From an uncultured virus (IMG/VR IMGVR_UViG_3300006919_000046) (Duplodnaviria; Heunggongvirae; Uroviricota; Caudoviricetes), in the IMG/VR virus record IMGVR_UViG_3300006919_000046: a DNA stretch of 64,000 nucleotides. One strand, written 5' to 3'. Positions within the stretch are counted from its first letter, which is position 1, and each line of letters starts with the position of its first letter. Below the pieces are notes generated by a model that saw nothing but the letters and a program-made list of their open reading frames with translations, was not told the DNA's origin and searched no databases. Made by a program: the position numbers and the translations under genes. This document shows, in pieces, positions 47,601-58,487 of the stretch.

Positions 47601-50600
47601 CCTTTAAGTTATCAATACTTGGCGTTGGAGTAACTAACAGATATTTTTATTATGATACAAAGGAATATGTAAATATAGAAAGTGTTGGTTCCGGCAACTA
47701 TACTTTTGATTATGAACCCATTACAGTAACTGTTGAGGGAGAGGTTGGGATATCTACATTAAGTAGAGTGGATATAAATGCCAAACTGCAACCAATATTT
47801 CAAGGTCAAATCAAATCCACCTTTATATATGAAGGAGGAACAAGATATGGATCTCCAGAGATAATAAATTATGTTAAACAACCAAATTATTCTCTAGGAA
47901 AAATATCGTCCAAAGCAACGGCAGTTCCAATTATATCGAACGGAAAGATAACGTCAGTTTTAATTAATAATAAAGGAAATGGATATACTGCTCCACCAAA
48001 AGTAGTTGTTCGCGGATTTGGAATTGGTGCAATATTAACCCCAATCATTAAGGATAAAAAATTATCAGAAATAAAGGTAATATCCGGCGGAACGGGATAC
48101 ACTAAGGAAACTATAATTGACATTATAGATGAATCTCAAGGGTGTATTTTAAAATTATATCCACAACAATTTACAATAAATGAATTCTTTAGATTATTGA
48201 AAACAAATAGAATATCATCAGAAGATGATAGTGTTGTTTATAGGGGATTGAAGGAAAATTATGGATTACAATATACTCATTTATATGCACCAAATAAATT
48301 TAGAGACTCTGTTTTTAGAAGTAAAACATTTTCGAATGGAACAAATTACAGATCTGATTTTCAGAATGATATAAATGAAGACAAGTATCATTCTCCAATT
48401 TTAGGATGGTCGTATGATGGATACCCAATTTATGGCCCATATGGATATGATTCTCCAAATAATAAAAAAGTTAGGAGAATGGTTAGTGGGTATAAATTAA
48501 CCGGAATCCGAGAAGGTGCAGATAGAGAAATCTTTCGTTTTTATCCAACAGGATATTTTGTTGAAGATTACGAATTTGTGGGAAATGGTGATTTGGATGA
48601 AAGTAATGGAAGATATTGTGTAACTCCAGAGTATCCTAATGGAATTTATGCATACTTTATGACAATAAGTGAAGATTTTTCATCAGAAATATCTTTTGAT
48701 GCGAGAAAGGAACCAGTGTTTCCATATATCGTTGGAAATTATTATAAATCAAAGCCAACATTTTTTAATTTTGACCCAAATTCAAATCAAGAGCAGTTTG
48801 AATTTGAAAATACTAAGGTTTTACGAAATACTTTTGCTCTCAATATAGGTAGTGATAATTCAAGGTACAATTATCTGCTTAATAATGAAGATTTAAATTC
48901 TCAAGAATCTGAGGTTTTATCTATAATAAGGGGTGGAGTTGAAAACGTCAAAATAATTTCTCCTGGAGATGGATATAAAATTGGAGAAAGACTTTCTTTC
49001 AACAATACAATTACTTCTGGTAATGGAGTAGCGGCTAAAGTAGAGTCTATTAAAGGAAAAACTATAGAATCTATCACAAACGAAAGTAGATTCTTACCGA
49101 ACATTGAGTTTTATAAGACAAACATAGAAAATAGATTGGTCGGATTTGCCACCGCTCCACATTTATTAAGTAATGGAGATTTCTTTAAAATAGAATCCTT
49201 ATCAAAAAATAATCCAATTATCCAAAATTCATTTAATGTGGGAGTAAGAACGGATAATTTAATTTTAAATGCTGCAGTTGGAAATACCAGTATAACTGGA
49301 TTATCTACTTATTTTTCTGTTTATGGGTCTTTAAGTTTTCCAAATATTAGAGAAAACGACATATTAACGATAGGTTCTGAAGACGTTAAAGTTTTATCTA
49401 TTGATAAAGAGTCTTCTAGAATTAAAGTCCTTAGAGAACAAAATTCTACAACTTCTTCCGCACACCAGGCTTATTCTGTTCTGAATGAAAATCAAAGAAA
49501 GTTTTTTATCAATCTTGATAAAAAACTAGATTCTTTTAATTACAAAATTAATAGAGAATTATATTTTAACCCCATAGAATCTTTAGGTATAGGGACAGTA
49601 GGAATAGGATCCACTGTAATTTTTTCCAACCCCGGAGTTGGACAGACTTCAATACAAATTCCATTAAAATCAATTTACCTAAAAGACCACAAATTAGAAA
49701 CAGGAGATAAATTAATTTACAATGCAAATAGTGGAATTGGAATATCAGTATCTAATATATTTAATACATTTACGTTAAATGATGGTATAACAGTTTATGT
49801 TGCAAGGTTATCAAATGATTTAATTGGAATATCCACAAATAAAGTTGCATTGGGAACAGAAGGAGAATTTGTTGGAATAGAAACTAGCACATCACTACTA
49901 TATTTCAATGGAGTAGGAACTGGAGATTATCACAGTTTTACCACAAATTATGATAACGTTCTTACTGGTGCACTTTCCGTTAACAAAATAACAGTATCAA
50001 CAGCATCTTCTTTTGGATTAAGGGGAGGTGATGAAATATTCTTAAATGTAAAAGAAAAAGATTCGGTAAATATTGCGGTAAAATATAATGATTATCACAG
50101 AAGACTAATTATCAATCCTCAAGATTTTTCCAATTCTGATGTTGATACTACAAAAAATACCATAAGGATAGTCAATCATAATTTTGACTCTGGACAAAAA
50201 ATAATATACAATTCTTCAAATACAATTGGAGGATTGGAAGATAATCAAATTTATTATGTTATTGTTTTTGATAAAGATCATATTAGACTTTCAGCAACTT
50301 ATTATAACTCAACATCTTTAGATATTGTACCAATAAATTTAACATCCCAATTCTCAGGTACAATTTCACCAATAAATCCAAAAATAAATTTAAATAGAAA
50401 TCAATCGGTAATATTTGATTTATCAGATTCCTCACTATCACAACCATTTGGAGTAGGAAGAACTTCTTCTTTTGACTTTAAAATATATAAGAATAAGTTT
50501 TTTAATGATGAATATTTTCCAATAACAACATTGGGGACATCAAAAATCACAAAAAATGGTTCTATTGGATTATCTCCTGCAACTTTATCATTTACACTAG

Positions 50601-52366
50601 ATGAAGATTTTCCAAATAACTTATACTATAATCTTAAAATATTGGATGGTAACACTAACCAAATTAAAAATGAACTTTTTACAGACAGGGAAGTAGACAA
50701 TTTCAATTTAATTAAATTAAATTCCTCAGGTTTGAATGGAAAACATATAATAACTGGAATTCAAACAAATTCATTTAGTTTTACTGGAGATTTTTACGTT
50801 GATAAAACATTTAATTCTACAAATTCTGCAAGTGAATATTATACAACTTCTCTCAATGAATCTGGACCAATAAACAATATAAAAATAAATTCTTCAGGAA
50901 AATTGTATGACAAGCTTCCAAAAATAAATGGAGTAGTTTCTGCGGCAGGAACTGGTGCAATTCTAATTCCACAGAGCAAATCTATAGGAAAAATACAAAA
51001 AACCAGAATTTTAGATATTGGTGCAAATTATTCATCTGACAAAACATTAAAACCCCTTTTAAAATTCCCAACAATATTAAGAGTTGAACCATTAACATCT
51101 ATAGAATCTATAAAAATTTCTTCAGTTGGAAATAATTATAATACAAATCCTAATTTAGTTTTAATTGATGGGTTTACAAATAAACAAGTTGAAGATATTA
51201 TTCTTGATTGTGACTTAGAAAATCAAAAAGTAACAGTAATACAAAATACAAAAGGAATTTATAATGTATCACCAAAAATAATTCCAATTAACAATAGTAA
51301 TGGTGTTGGGATACTTGAGGTTGAATATGACAATGCAACAAAAATTGTAACCATAAAATTGGATACACAATTTAGTTCTATTGAAGATTTTCCATTTTCT
51401 CTCAATCAAAAAGTTTTAATTGAGGGAGTTTCTATTAAAGAAAATACTGACTCCTCGATAATCACAAAAGGGTTTAATTCTATAAATTATAATTATTCGA
51501 CATTTAAGTTGATAGAAGTTGTTCCTTCAATTGGAGGTTCTGGAGCGTCTGTTAAGTATTCACTTGAAGATTACTTGGATTCTTCCGAAATTCCTGGAGA
51601 TTTTGATTTAGAAAATTCTATTGGAAGAATAATATCTGAAGATGATTTTCCAAAATTTAAAATCAATTTAAAAAAGAATGAATTTTTGGTTGGAGAAACT
51701 ACAATTTCTGAAGGAATTGTTGGTGAGGTGCAGAAATATGATTCAGTAAATGAGTACTTGACTATAAAAACAAAGGAAAAAATTCCAAATAATGTGAGTA
51801 TTTTTGGCAGATCTTCAAATTCTTTAGCTTTAATTAAAGAAGTTTTAGAATATGAAACAAGATACAATATAGATTCTTCATCCATTATTGTTCAGGGGTG
51901 GAAAGATACTATAGGTTTTCTTAATGATAATATTCAGAGAATACAAGATAGTGATTATTATCAACTTTTTTCATATTCATTAAAATCCGAAATTGAATTT
52001 AAAGAGTGGAATAGTATCGTAAGTAATTTGAATCATACTTTGGGATATAAAAGATTTGGTGATTTGATTGTTGAAAAAACAGTTACTGCAGAAATTGATT
52101 CAAATCAGAATAATGGTGCGGTCATTGCGACGTGTGATTTAACTAATATAACTAATATTGATGCAGTTTATGATTACGATTTAGCGTCTGAAAATGGGGT
52201 TTTAATTGAAGAAAATCTAACAAGTGATGAAATAACATTCAATTCAGTATTCTTACAAGATTATGCAGAATCAATAGGAAATAGGGTATTGCTGATTGAT
52301 GATATAAGTTCACAATTTAGTACATCAACGACATCAAAAACAACAGTAACTACATTTAGTATTTAA
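44645..52366 (+). CDS. gp7: Baseplate wedge initiator gp7 (very large cyanophage form)
   Basis: Follows gp6. QLPSFV, KDFYSSKGT..SF.ILFRILYG, an internal HSPILGW.YDGYPIYGPYG domain, and C-terminal IQDSDYYQ.FSYSLKS...H..G. Confidence 0.85.
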   Translation: MESRVKISSIVESQLPSFVREDYPLVGELLREYYKSLESKGSAYDILQNIDQYVDANNLINFTETTNLTQDVQIFDDIINVETTKGFPNTYGIVSIDNELILYKSKTETQFLNCSRGFSSVIGYSENDTEDLTFSDSLADFHSQLDITGENPNRVKNIGSLFLKEFFKKTKSQYLFGFEGRELFSEVNKNIVLKQSKDFYSSKGTERSFEILFRILYGKDVEVILPKNNLIQPSSANYRVSRNFVAEGVQGNIEDLRNRTIFQNQFANITKSFGTVSNVQKIIRKGKIYYTLSVDFDFDKDVIVSGSIFGNLQVNPKTKIIDDVSISSDTICVDSTIGFPKSGQLTVNLNGTDLVINYKSKTINEFLGCSGITQTIPNESEISLNTYAYAFDDNGDEIRFRITGVLSEVELSRENFYYEKGDKASITNLGYIGKNYQENNWFFNTSVLCNVKTFSIKGNGNYFVETFDFNGIYKGDSVEIDYVDGIDDQRKTDIISGESILYTSGNVPGRSFTITNTDKNIKNIFSVKKLLSKYDKKYISNVSNVYKDFDENIEYITSSSLPSYPNRQEINTSKVILKNKIDSGELINLVSFGENHGFLTGDEVSFFVNSSNQSGLGLTVITGSYYVKKIDDKSIKLAKSRSDLAKDSYLSVENFDPQESTFESAGTLSLKKFSKNKNLTVSEVDTQRLVRLIKNPEIDEKKYKTEPGTVGILINGVEILNYKSKDSIYYGPIRTAEVVSQGNNYDIINPPELVIDKESGDQAKGYVSVEGSLKRIDVIDGGFDYLDVPIITIKGGSGSGASAEAKMISYDYFIDINSSTTNENINLSTNTLGFSTYHKFRDGESIIYRTNNNQVIGGLSTDAKYYVKVIDDNKITLHKNLEDSLSSSNPVNLTGYGIGNHRFESTIRKQKINSIEILSSGEGYKTAKITVPSSGIITSTNTIKVNNSNKSPYSDKDIIQYLGGDSTVVGLTTGSKYIVTTVDETSFKLSILGVGVTNRYFYYDTKEYVNIESVGSGNYTFDYEPITVTVEGEVGISTLSRVDINAKLQPIFQGQIKSTFIYEGGTRYGSPEIINYVKQPNYSLGKISSKATAVPIISNGKITSVLINNKGNGYTAPPKVVVRGFGIGAILTPIIKDKKLSEIKVISGGTGYTKETIIDIIDESQGCILKLYPQQFTINEFFRLLKTNRISSEDDSVVYRGLKENYGLQYTHLYAPNKFRDSVFRSKTFSNGTNYRSDFQNDINEDKYHSPILGWSYDGYPIYGPYGYDSPNNKKVRRMVSGYKLTGIREGADREIFRFYPTGYFVEDYEFVGNGDLDESNGRYCVTPEYPNGIYAYFMTISEDFSSEISFDARKEPVFPYIVGNYYKSKPTFFNFDPNSNQEQFEFENTKVLRNTFALNIGSDNSRYNYLLNNEDLNSQESEVLSIIRGGVENVKIISPGDGYKIGERLSFNNTITSGNGVAAKVESIKGKTIESITNESRFLPNIEFYKTNIENRLVGFATAPHLLSNGDFFKIESLSKNNPIIQNSFNVGVRTDNLILNAAVGNTSITGLSTYFSVYGSLSFPNIRENDILTIGSEDVKVLSIDKESSRIKVLREQNSTTSSAHQAYSVLNENQRKFFINLDKKLDSFNYKINRELYFNPIESLGIGTVGIGSTVIFSNPGVGQTSIQIPLKSIYLKDHKLETGDKLIYNANSGIGISVSNIFNTFTLNDGITVYVARLSNDLIGISTNKVALGTEGEFVGIETSTSLLYFNGVGTGDYHSFTTNYDNVLTGALSVNKITVSTASSFGLRGGDEIFLNVKEKDSVNIAVKYNDYHRRLIINPQDFSNSDVDTTKNTIRIVNHNFDSGQKIIYNSSNTIGGLEDNQIYYVIVFDKDHIRLSATYYNSTSLDIVPINLTSQFSGTISPINPKINLNRNQSVIFDLSDSSLSQPFGVGRTSSFDFKIYKNKFFNDEYFPITTLGTSKITKNGSIGLSPATLSFTLDEDFPNNLYYNLKILDGNTNQIKNELFTDREVDNFNLIKLNSSGLNGKHIITGIQTNSFSFTGDFYVDKTFNSTNSASEYYTTSLNESGPINNIKINSSGKLYDKLPKINGVVSAAGTGAILIPQSKSIGKIQKTRILDIGANYSSDKTLKPLLKFPTILRVEPLTSIESIKISSVGNNYNTNPNLVLIDGFTNKQVEDIILDCDLENQKVTVIQNTKGIYNVSPKIIPINNSNGVGILEVEYDNATKIVTIKLDTQFSSIEDFPFSLNQKVLIEGVSIKENTDSSIITKGFNSINYNYSTFKLIEVVPSIGGSGASVKYSLEDYLDSSEIPGDFDLENSIGRIISEDDFPKFKINLKKNEFLVGETTISEGIVGEVQKYDSVNEYLTIKTKEKIPNNVSIFGRSSNSLALIKEVLEYETRYNIDSSSIIVQGWKDTIGFLNDNIQRIQDSDYYQLFSYSLKSEIEFKEWNSIVSNLNHTLGYKRFGDLIVEKTVTAEIDSNQNNGAVIATCDLTNITNIDAVYDYDLASENGVLIEENLTSDEITFNSVFLQDYAESIGNRVLLIDDISSQFSTSTTSKTTVTTFSI

Positions 52367-52367
52367 A

Positions 52368-55300
52368 ATGGCAAAAGTAAGATCAAGTAGGGTATATTTA
52401 AATGTAAAGGATACTGAAAATCCTGATAGAAGACAATCCTCTATTATTAGTTTTGTGACTGATGGTAATGAGATTTTTACAAATGAATATGGAAAATTAT
52501 TTACTTTAGACGAGATTGGCAGTTTCAATCTAGAAAGATCTGAATTTGACGATCAAGCATCACTACAAGTTACTTTTGCACCAATTGATGGTAGGAATAA
52601 TCTTTATAATTTTAGTTTTTTGATATATGACACAAAAAAAGATGAATTTATTCCAGATTCATATTTTTTTGGAAATACTGTAAAACTTGATACTGCATAT
52701 ACACAAATTTCTGCTGGAATAGGAACAACTACTATTGTTAAAATAGATTCTACCGAATACACTTCAGGAAAGTTATCATTTTCGTTATCATCTTTAGATG
52801 ATTTAAACTATGAACATAATGAAATAAACTTTGCTCATGATGGTTCAAATATTAGTAGTTCTAATTTTGGAAGAATTACAATATCCAATAATTCTTCAAT
52901 AGAAACTTCTGGAATAGGAACTTATGGTTTAGTTTTTAATGGGACGGATATTGATGTATTATTTTATCCGAGATTAAATACAGACTTTAACTGTAGTTCT
53001 ATTTCAGTTTCTGTAGCAAATACCACGAAAACAATAGTAACTCAAAAACTTTTATCTGGCGGACTATTAGAGTCTGTGAATGTTTCAATAGCATCATCAA
53101 TAGATCCATCTGCTAGTGTAATTGCAGATTATACCTCAGACTATAATTTTGGTTATTTTGTAGTGCAAATAACCGACACAACAAATAATAGTGTTCAACT
53201 TTCAGAAATTGTAGTATTAAATAATGATGCTGATTCTAGAATAATTGAATATGGAGTTGTTGCAACTAACAATATATTAGGAACTTTTACCTCAAATAGT
53301 GCAGCGATAACGGAACTCATTTTTACACCAAATCCAGATATTGATGTTGAAATAACTCTTTTACAGCATTCGATAACGAATTTAAATTTAGGAGATATTG
53401 ATTCTCTAATTGATTTAAATGTTGGAGCAGTAATTTCAGGCGTTACTCAATTAATTAGCGGAAAAGATTTTGCAAAAGAATTTAATTTAACTTCCAAAAA
53501 AATTCCAATTTTTCAGAGAAGATTTAATGCAGAACTGCAATCTTCAGCAACAAATCCCGCGAGTGTTGATCTCGAAAGGAATTTAATTTACTTACCAGGT
53601 CATTATTTTGTTTCTGGAGAAAGAGTTGAATATGAACCAGATCCATTACAATACGTAGATATTCTTACAGCAAATACAACAGCACAAGTAGACTTGGGAG
53701 ACACTAATGTTGAAGTAGATAATACTACAGGTCTGCAAGTTGGAGATTATATTTTTAATGGTGGAAAGTATATATCTCTAAGTCAAGTTGGAGTAAGTTC
53801 AGTTTCTATTTCCAGTACAATAACACAACAAATTCTTTCTGGAGTAGCAATTACATTTTCCAGATTATTTGATACCGAAGAGGTATCAACTATTAGTGCC
53901 ATTCCTATAGAAAATACATTTATTTCTGGAGTTGGGGTAACTGATAAACTTAGTGGAAACTTATATGTATATAAACAAGATGATAGATTTATTGGATTTA
54001 CAACTTCCCCAGCGGATGCACTGTTAAATCCACCAAAATTAATTCAGTTTACTGGACTTGGTGTGGGAATAAATCATTTTATCACTTCAACAAATCAAAA
54101 TTCCAAATCCTTAATATTAATTGATAATATTGCTCAAGCACCTATAGTTGCAACATCAGTAACTTCATCTTTAGCATCAAATTTAAATCTATCTTCAAAT
54201 ATTTTATCTTTTACCGGAATAACATCATTTTTTAGTGGAGATTTGATTGAAATAGAAGATGAAATAATGAAAATTATTGCAGTTGGTGTCGGCAATTCTG
54301 TGGAAGTTTCAAGACCAATTTTGGGTTCATCATTAAAAGAACACTCTCAAAATACTTTAATAACTAAACTAAAAGGCAATTATAAAATTAAAAAAAATAT
54401 CCTTTATTTTGATGAAGCTCCTTATGGTCCAATAGTTGATGGTGTCAATGGTGACATTAATGTTAGATCATCTTTTCAGGGAAGAGTATTTTTAAGATCA
54501 GCAGATGTTAGTTCTGGAGAAAGTGCATATAATAGAAATTATGTATTTGATGATATAAGCGATCAATTTGACGCATCTACAAAATCATTTACCGTAAAAT
54601 CTGACAAGCAAGATATTGTAGGATTTTCAGAATTAAATTCTATAGTATTAATAAACAATATTATTCAAATACCAACAGATAATTTTAATTTAACAGAAAA
54701 TTTATCCCAAACTCAATTAAACTTCACTGGAACTGGAACTTCAATCAAATATGATGTCAATAATGCATCAATACCTAGAAGGGGTATAATAGTTGCTACA
54801 GCATCTAGTAATGGATTTGGATATCAACCATTGGTTTCTGCTGGAGGAACCGCAGTAGTTTCTATTGCGGGTACAATTCAATCTATAAGTATTGGAAATA
54901 GTGGTTCTGGATACAGAAGCGGAATTCAAACATCGGTCAATGTCAAAGTTCAATCTTATAGTAATGGGAAGTTAAATACAGAGTTTGTTGGTGTTGCTTC
55001 AATATCAGATGGTAATGTTGTTGGCGTCAATATAACAAATCCAGGATCTGGATATACATCAACAAATCCACCAGAGGTAATTTTTGATTCTCCATTTTCA
55101 TACTCAGATTTAAGATTAAAAGTCAATTCTGGAATTGGTACAGAAGCATCTATTGATATTGTTGTTGGTCAGGGTTCTAGTGTAATAGATTTTACCATAA
55201 AAAACTTTGGTTATTCTTATAATATTGGAGATGTTTTAACCTTAGATGTAGGAGGAACTACAGGAATACCAACCAATACAGCATTACCATATAGAGAATT

Positions 55301-56885
55301 TAAGTTGGTAGTGGAAAGAGTTTTTTCCGACGATTTTAGTGGATGGTCATTAGGAGAACTAGAAACTCTCGATGAGTTAGACGAATTATTTGATGGTAAT
55401 AAAACTACTTTCCCAATTTCTAGAGGGGGAAACAGATTTGCAATAATTAAAGAAAAAGGTGGAAATATTGAATTAAATACAGTATTATTAGTTTTTATTA
55501 ATGATGTCCTTCAGGAACCCGATGTCGCTTACAAATTTAATGGAGGAAGTACAATTACTTTCACTGAAGCACCAAAAAATGGCGATAAAGGAAGAATAAT
55601 ATTTTATAAAGGAACTCCAAATATAGATGTTATTGATGTTGATTTGTTGGAAACGATAAAAACGGGTGATAAGGTTGAATTGGTTGGAGATAAATTTAAT
55701 CTTATTGAGCAGAAGAGATTGGTAACTGACATATTATTACCGGATGTTTTAGAAACAAATCCATATTCTGGAAAAGGAATCACTGAAGATTCTAATTTAT
55801 TCCGACCATTAAATTGGTATAGGCAAAGAAATGATTTGATAATAGATAAAAAAGAAGTTAACAAGAGTAGGGTTAGATATGAATCATATGTAAATCCAAC
55901 AGCAAAATTAATCCAATCTGTAGGAATAGGTTCTACACAAATATTTGTAGATTCAGTTAAAACTATTTTTGACCCACAGCAGGAAAATATAAGTCCAACA
56001 TCTCCAGAAATTTTAAAAACAATTCAAATCATTGATAATAGCGAATTAGTTTCTGCAGCAGCCACTGCAATAGTTTCTGCAGCAGGGACTATACAATCTA
56101 TAGTCATATCCAACGGTGGAGTTGGATATACTACAAGTTTATTAAAACCAGAAATATCTGCTTCTATACAATATCCAATAGGAATAGGAAAAAGTGGTGT
56201 TGCTACTTTAAAAACAAATCTGGTTGGAGGATCAATATCATCAATTGATGTAATTTCTCCGGGTTTTGGATACACTCAAACAAATCCACCACTAGTTTTG
56301 ATAGAAGAAAGAAGTGCAAAAGTCAATGAAATTAAAAATGTTTCGTACTTGGGCGATTTTGGAATCATAACGGGAATAGCAACAACAAGTGTCGGATTGG
56401 CTTCTACAGGATTAGTGTTTGATTTCTTTATACCAAATGATTCATATTTAAGAAATATTAATGTAAATAACCCAACAACTAATACAAGTAATATATCAGA
56501 AAACTATTATTTCAAATTATCAAACTCAAAAGTTGGTAGTGGATTGACGAGTTTGAGAAGTGATGGAAGTATTATTGGAATCGGAACAGAAAATATTGAT
56601 AACATATATCAAGCAATTTCTGTGTCTGCAGCTACAACAGAGGTCTATGGGGGAGGAACTGAAGATGTAATCAAAGTTACTGTTAGTGTTTCCGATTATA
56701 ATCAAATAGATTCTTCAATTGGATATGGAACGTATTTTGGAGATTTTAGTTGGGGATTGATTGAAATACCTACAATAGATAATGAATATTCTGTATCTCC
56801 AGAATATGGAGTTGTTGGATTGAATACAACACCAACAATAAGAAGAGTAAATAGACTCAGATTCGCTAATTATGATAATATTTGA
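52368..56885 (+). CDS. Large virion structural (baseplate-associated) protein
   Basis: Located between gp7 and gp8; GSGY repeats, SSFQGRVFLRS and VFDDISDQF. Confidence 0.8.
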   Translation: MAKVRSSRVYLNVKDTENPDRRQSSIISFVTDGNEIFTNEYGKLFTLDEIGSFNLERSEFDDQASLQVTFAPIDGRNNLYNFSFLIYDTKKDEFIPDSYFFGNTVKLDTAYTQISAGIGTTTIVKIDSTEYTSGKLSFSLSSLDDLNYEHNEINFAHDGSNISSSNFGRITISNNSSIETSGIGTYGLVFNGTDIDVLFYPRLNTDFNCSSISVSVANTTKTIVTQKLLSGGLLESVNVSIASSIDPSASVIADYTSDYNFGYFVVQITDTTNNSVQLSEIVVLNNDADSRIIEYGVVATNNILGTFTSNSAAITELIFTPNPDIDVEITLLQHSITNLNLGDIDSLIDLNVGAVISGVTQLISGKDFAKEFNLTSKKIPIFQRRFNAELQSSATNPASVDLERNLIYLPGHYFVSGERVEYEPDPLQYVDILTANTTAQVDLGDTNVEVDNTTGLQVGDYIFNGGKYISLSQVGVSSVSISSTITQQILSGVAITFSRLFDTEEVSTISAIPIENTFISGVGVTDKLSGNLYVYKQDDRFIGFTTSPADALLNPPKLIQFTGLGVGINHFITSTNQNSKSLILIDNIAQAPIVATSVTSSLASNLNLSSNILSFTGITSFFSGDLIEIEDEIMKIIAVGVGNSVEVSRPILGSSLKEHSQNTLITKLKGNYKIKKNILYFDEAPYGPIVDGVNGDINVRSSFQGRVFLRSADVSSGESAYNRNYVFDDISDQFDASTKSFTVKSDKQDIVGFSELNSIVLINNIIQIPTDNFNLTENLSQTQLNFTGTGTSIKYDVNNASIPRRGIIVATASSNGFGYQPLVSAGGTAVVSIAGTIQSISIGNSGSGYRSGIQTSVNVKVQSYSNGKLNTEFVGVASISDGNVVGVNITNPGSGYTSTNPPEVIFDSPFSYSDLRLKVNSGIGTEASIDIVVGQGSSVIDFTIKNFGYSYNIGDVLTLDVGGTTGIPTNTALPYREFKLVVERVFSDDFSGWSLGELETLDELDELFDGNKTTFPISRGGNRFAIIKEKGGNIELNTVLLVFINDVLQEPDVAYKFNGGSTITFTEAPKNGDKGRIIFYKGTPNIDVIDVDLLETIKTGDKVELVGDKFNLIEQKRLVTDILLPDVLETNPYSGKGITEDSNLFRPLNWYRQRNDLIIDKKEVNKSRVRYESYVNPTAKLIQSVGIGSTQIFVDSVKTIFDPQQENISPTSPEILKTIQIIDNSELVSAAATAIVSAAGTIQSIVISNGGVGYTTSLLKPEISASIQYPIGIGKSGVATLKTNLVGGSISSIDVISPGFGYTQTNPPLVLIEERSAKVNEIKNVSYLGDFGIITGIATTSVGLASTGLVFDFFIPNDSYLRNINVNNPTTNTSNISENYYFKLSNSKVGSGLTSLRSDGSIIGIGTENIDNIYQAISVSAATTEVYGGGTEDVIKVTVSVSDYNQIDSSIGYGTYFGDFSWGLIEIPTIDNEYSVSPEYGVVGLNTTPTIRRVNRLRFANYDNI

Positions 56886-56933
56886 TTTTATTTACATTTA
56901 TATTAAATAAATATAGAAAAAAGTAATAAATCA

Positions 56934-58478
56934 ATGTCTGCGATTATAACAGATCAATTTAGAATTCTGAATGCTGATAACTTCATAACATCGGTTGCTT
57001 CTACAGCAAATTGTTACTATGCCTTTGTTGGGTTGACAAACTCAACAGATTATGATTCCGATTGGGAAACATCACCAAGATCTCCGATAGATTCTTTTGA
57101 CAATTACAATGATATTTGGGACACGGTTGTCGCTTTAAAAAGATTAAATTCTCAAGATGTGCGAAAAGTTGTAAAAAAGAATACTTGGACAAGTGGAAAT
57201 ACTTATGATATGTATAGGCAGGATGTGAGTAGAAATAAATTATCAATTCCTTCAGAAAGGACAAGTTTATATGAATCAAACTTTTATGTTGTGAATAGTG
57301 ACTTTAGAGTTTACATTTGTCTTTCCAATGGAACAGACCCAGATAATCTCAACGGAAACCCATCTTTGGATGAACCAACATTTACAGATTTAGAACCAAA
57401 AGCAGCTGGTGTAAGTGGTGATGGTTATATTTGGAAGTATCTTTACACATTAAAACCATCAGATATTGTAAAATTTGATTCTATCGATTATATTTTTACT
57501 CCCCAAAACTGGGCGACAAGCATCGAAAATGCTGCAGTAAGAGAAAATGCAAATCCGGATGTGAGTGGTCAATTAAAAGTTGCTCTAATAAAAAATAGAG
57601 GAACTAATTTAGGAGTTGCACCAAAAACTTATGAAAATGTAAAAATTATAGGAGATGGTTTTGGAGCAACTGCAACAATAGTTGTGGGTAATGATGCTAC
57701 AGTAGATAGTATTGACATTACATCAGGTGGAAGTGGATATACTTTCGCAAAGATTGATTTAGAATCTGCTAGTATAAGTGGAGATATTTTACCAACATTT
57801 GATGTAATAGTTCCACCTTTAGAGGGACATGGTTTTGATATTTACCGCGATCTTGGAGCAAAAAACGTACTAATTTATTCCAGAATTGAGAATGATAATT
57901 TAAATCCAGATTTTGTTGTTGGAAATAAAATTGCTAGAGTTGGAATTGTAAAAAATCCTTTACAATTTGGCACTTCTTCATTATTGAGTGAAGAAAAGGT
58001 GAGCAATACATATGCACTAAAACTTCAAGGAAATATTTCAAATGCAAATTATCCATTTAACAGTATCATAACTCAACAAATTGGAGTTGGGAAAACTGCT
58101 GTTGGTAGAGTTGTTTCTTATGACAATAGAACTGGTGTATTAAAATATTGGCAAGATAGAAGTTTGGTTGGATTTACTACAGGCACTAGCGATTTGTCTT
58201 CCACAGAACCATCATATGGATATGAACAGTATAGATTCTCCTCCTCAGGCGGAAATATTGATGGAACTATTAGTAGTTTACCAATTCAAATAGAATTTAG
58301 TGGGTTGACTACTTCTATAGATAGTAAGACATATAATCTTGGACAATTGTTTGAAAACGGGGTTTCGAATCCTGAAGTTAAAAAATACTCTGGAGACATG
58401 ATCTACATCGATAATAGACCATCTATTACTAGATCAATAAACCAAAAAGAAGATATCAAAGTTATTTTTCAATTCTAA
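56934..58478 (+). CDS. gp8: Baseplate wedge subunit gp8
   Basis: MSAIITDQFRILNA, W..GNTYDMY, VYICL.NG, DGYIWKYLY and C-terminal YIDNR..ITR...QKEDIKVI. Confidence 0.92.
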   Translation: MSAIITDQFRILNADNFITSVASTANCYYAFVGLTNSTDYDSDWETSPRSPIDSFDNYNDIWDTVVALKRLNSQDVRKVVKKNTWTSGNTYDMYRQDVSRNKLSIPSERTSLYESNFYVVNSDFRVYICLSNGTDPDNLNGNPSLDEPTFTDLEPKAAGVSGDGYIWKYLYTLKPSDIVKFDSIDYIFTPQNWATSIENAAVRENANPDVSGQLKVALIKNRGTNLGVAPKTYENVKIIGDGFGATATIVVGNDATVDSIDITSGGSGYTFAKIDLESASISGDILPTFDVIVPPLEGHGFDIYRDLGAKNVLIYSRIENDNLNPDFVVGNKIARVGIVKNPLQFGTSSLLSEEKVSNTYALKLQGNISNANYPFNSIITQQIGVGKTAVGRVVSYDNRTGVLKYWQDRSLVGFTTGTSDLSSTEPSYGYEQYRFSSSGGNIDGTISSLPIQIEFSGLTTSIDSKTYNLGQLFENGVSNPEVKKYSGDMIYIDNRPSITRSINQKEDIKVIFQF

Positions 58479-58487
58479 TTAAAAATC

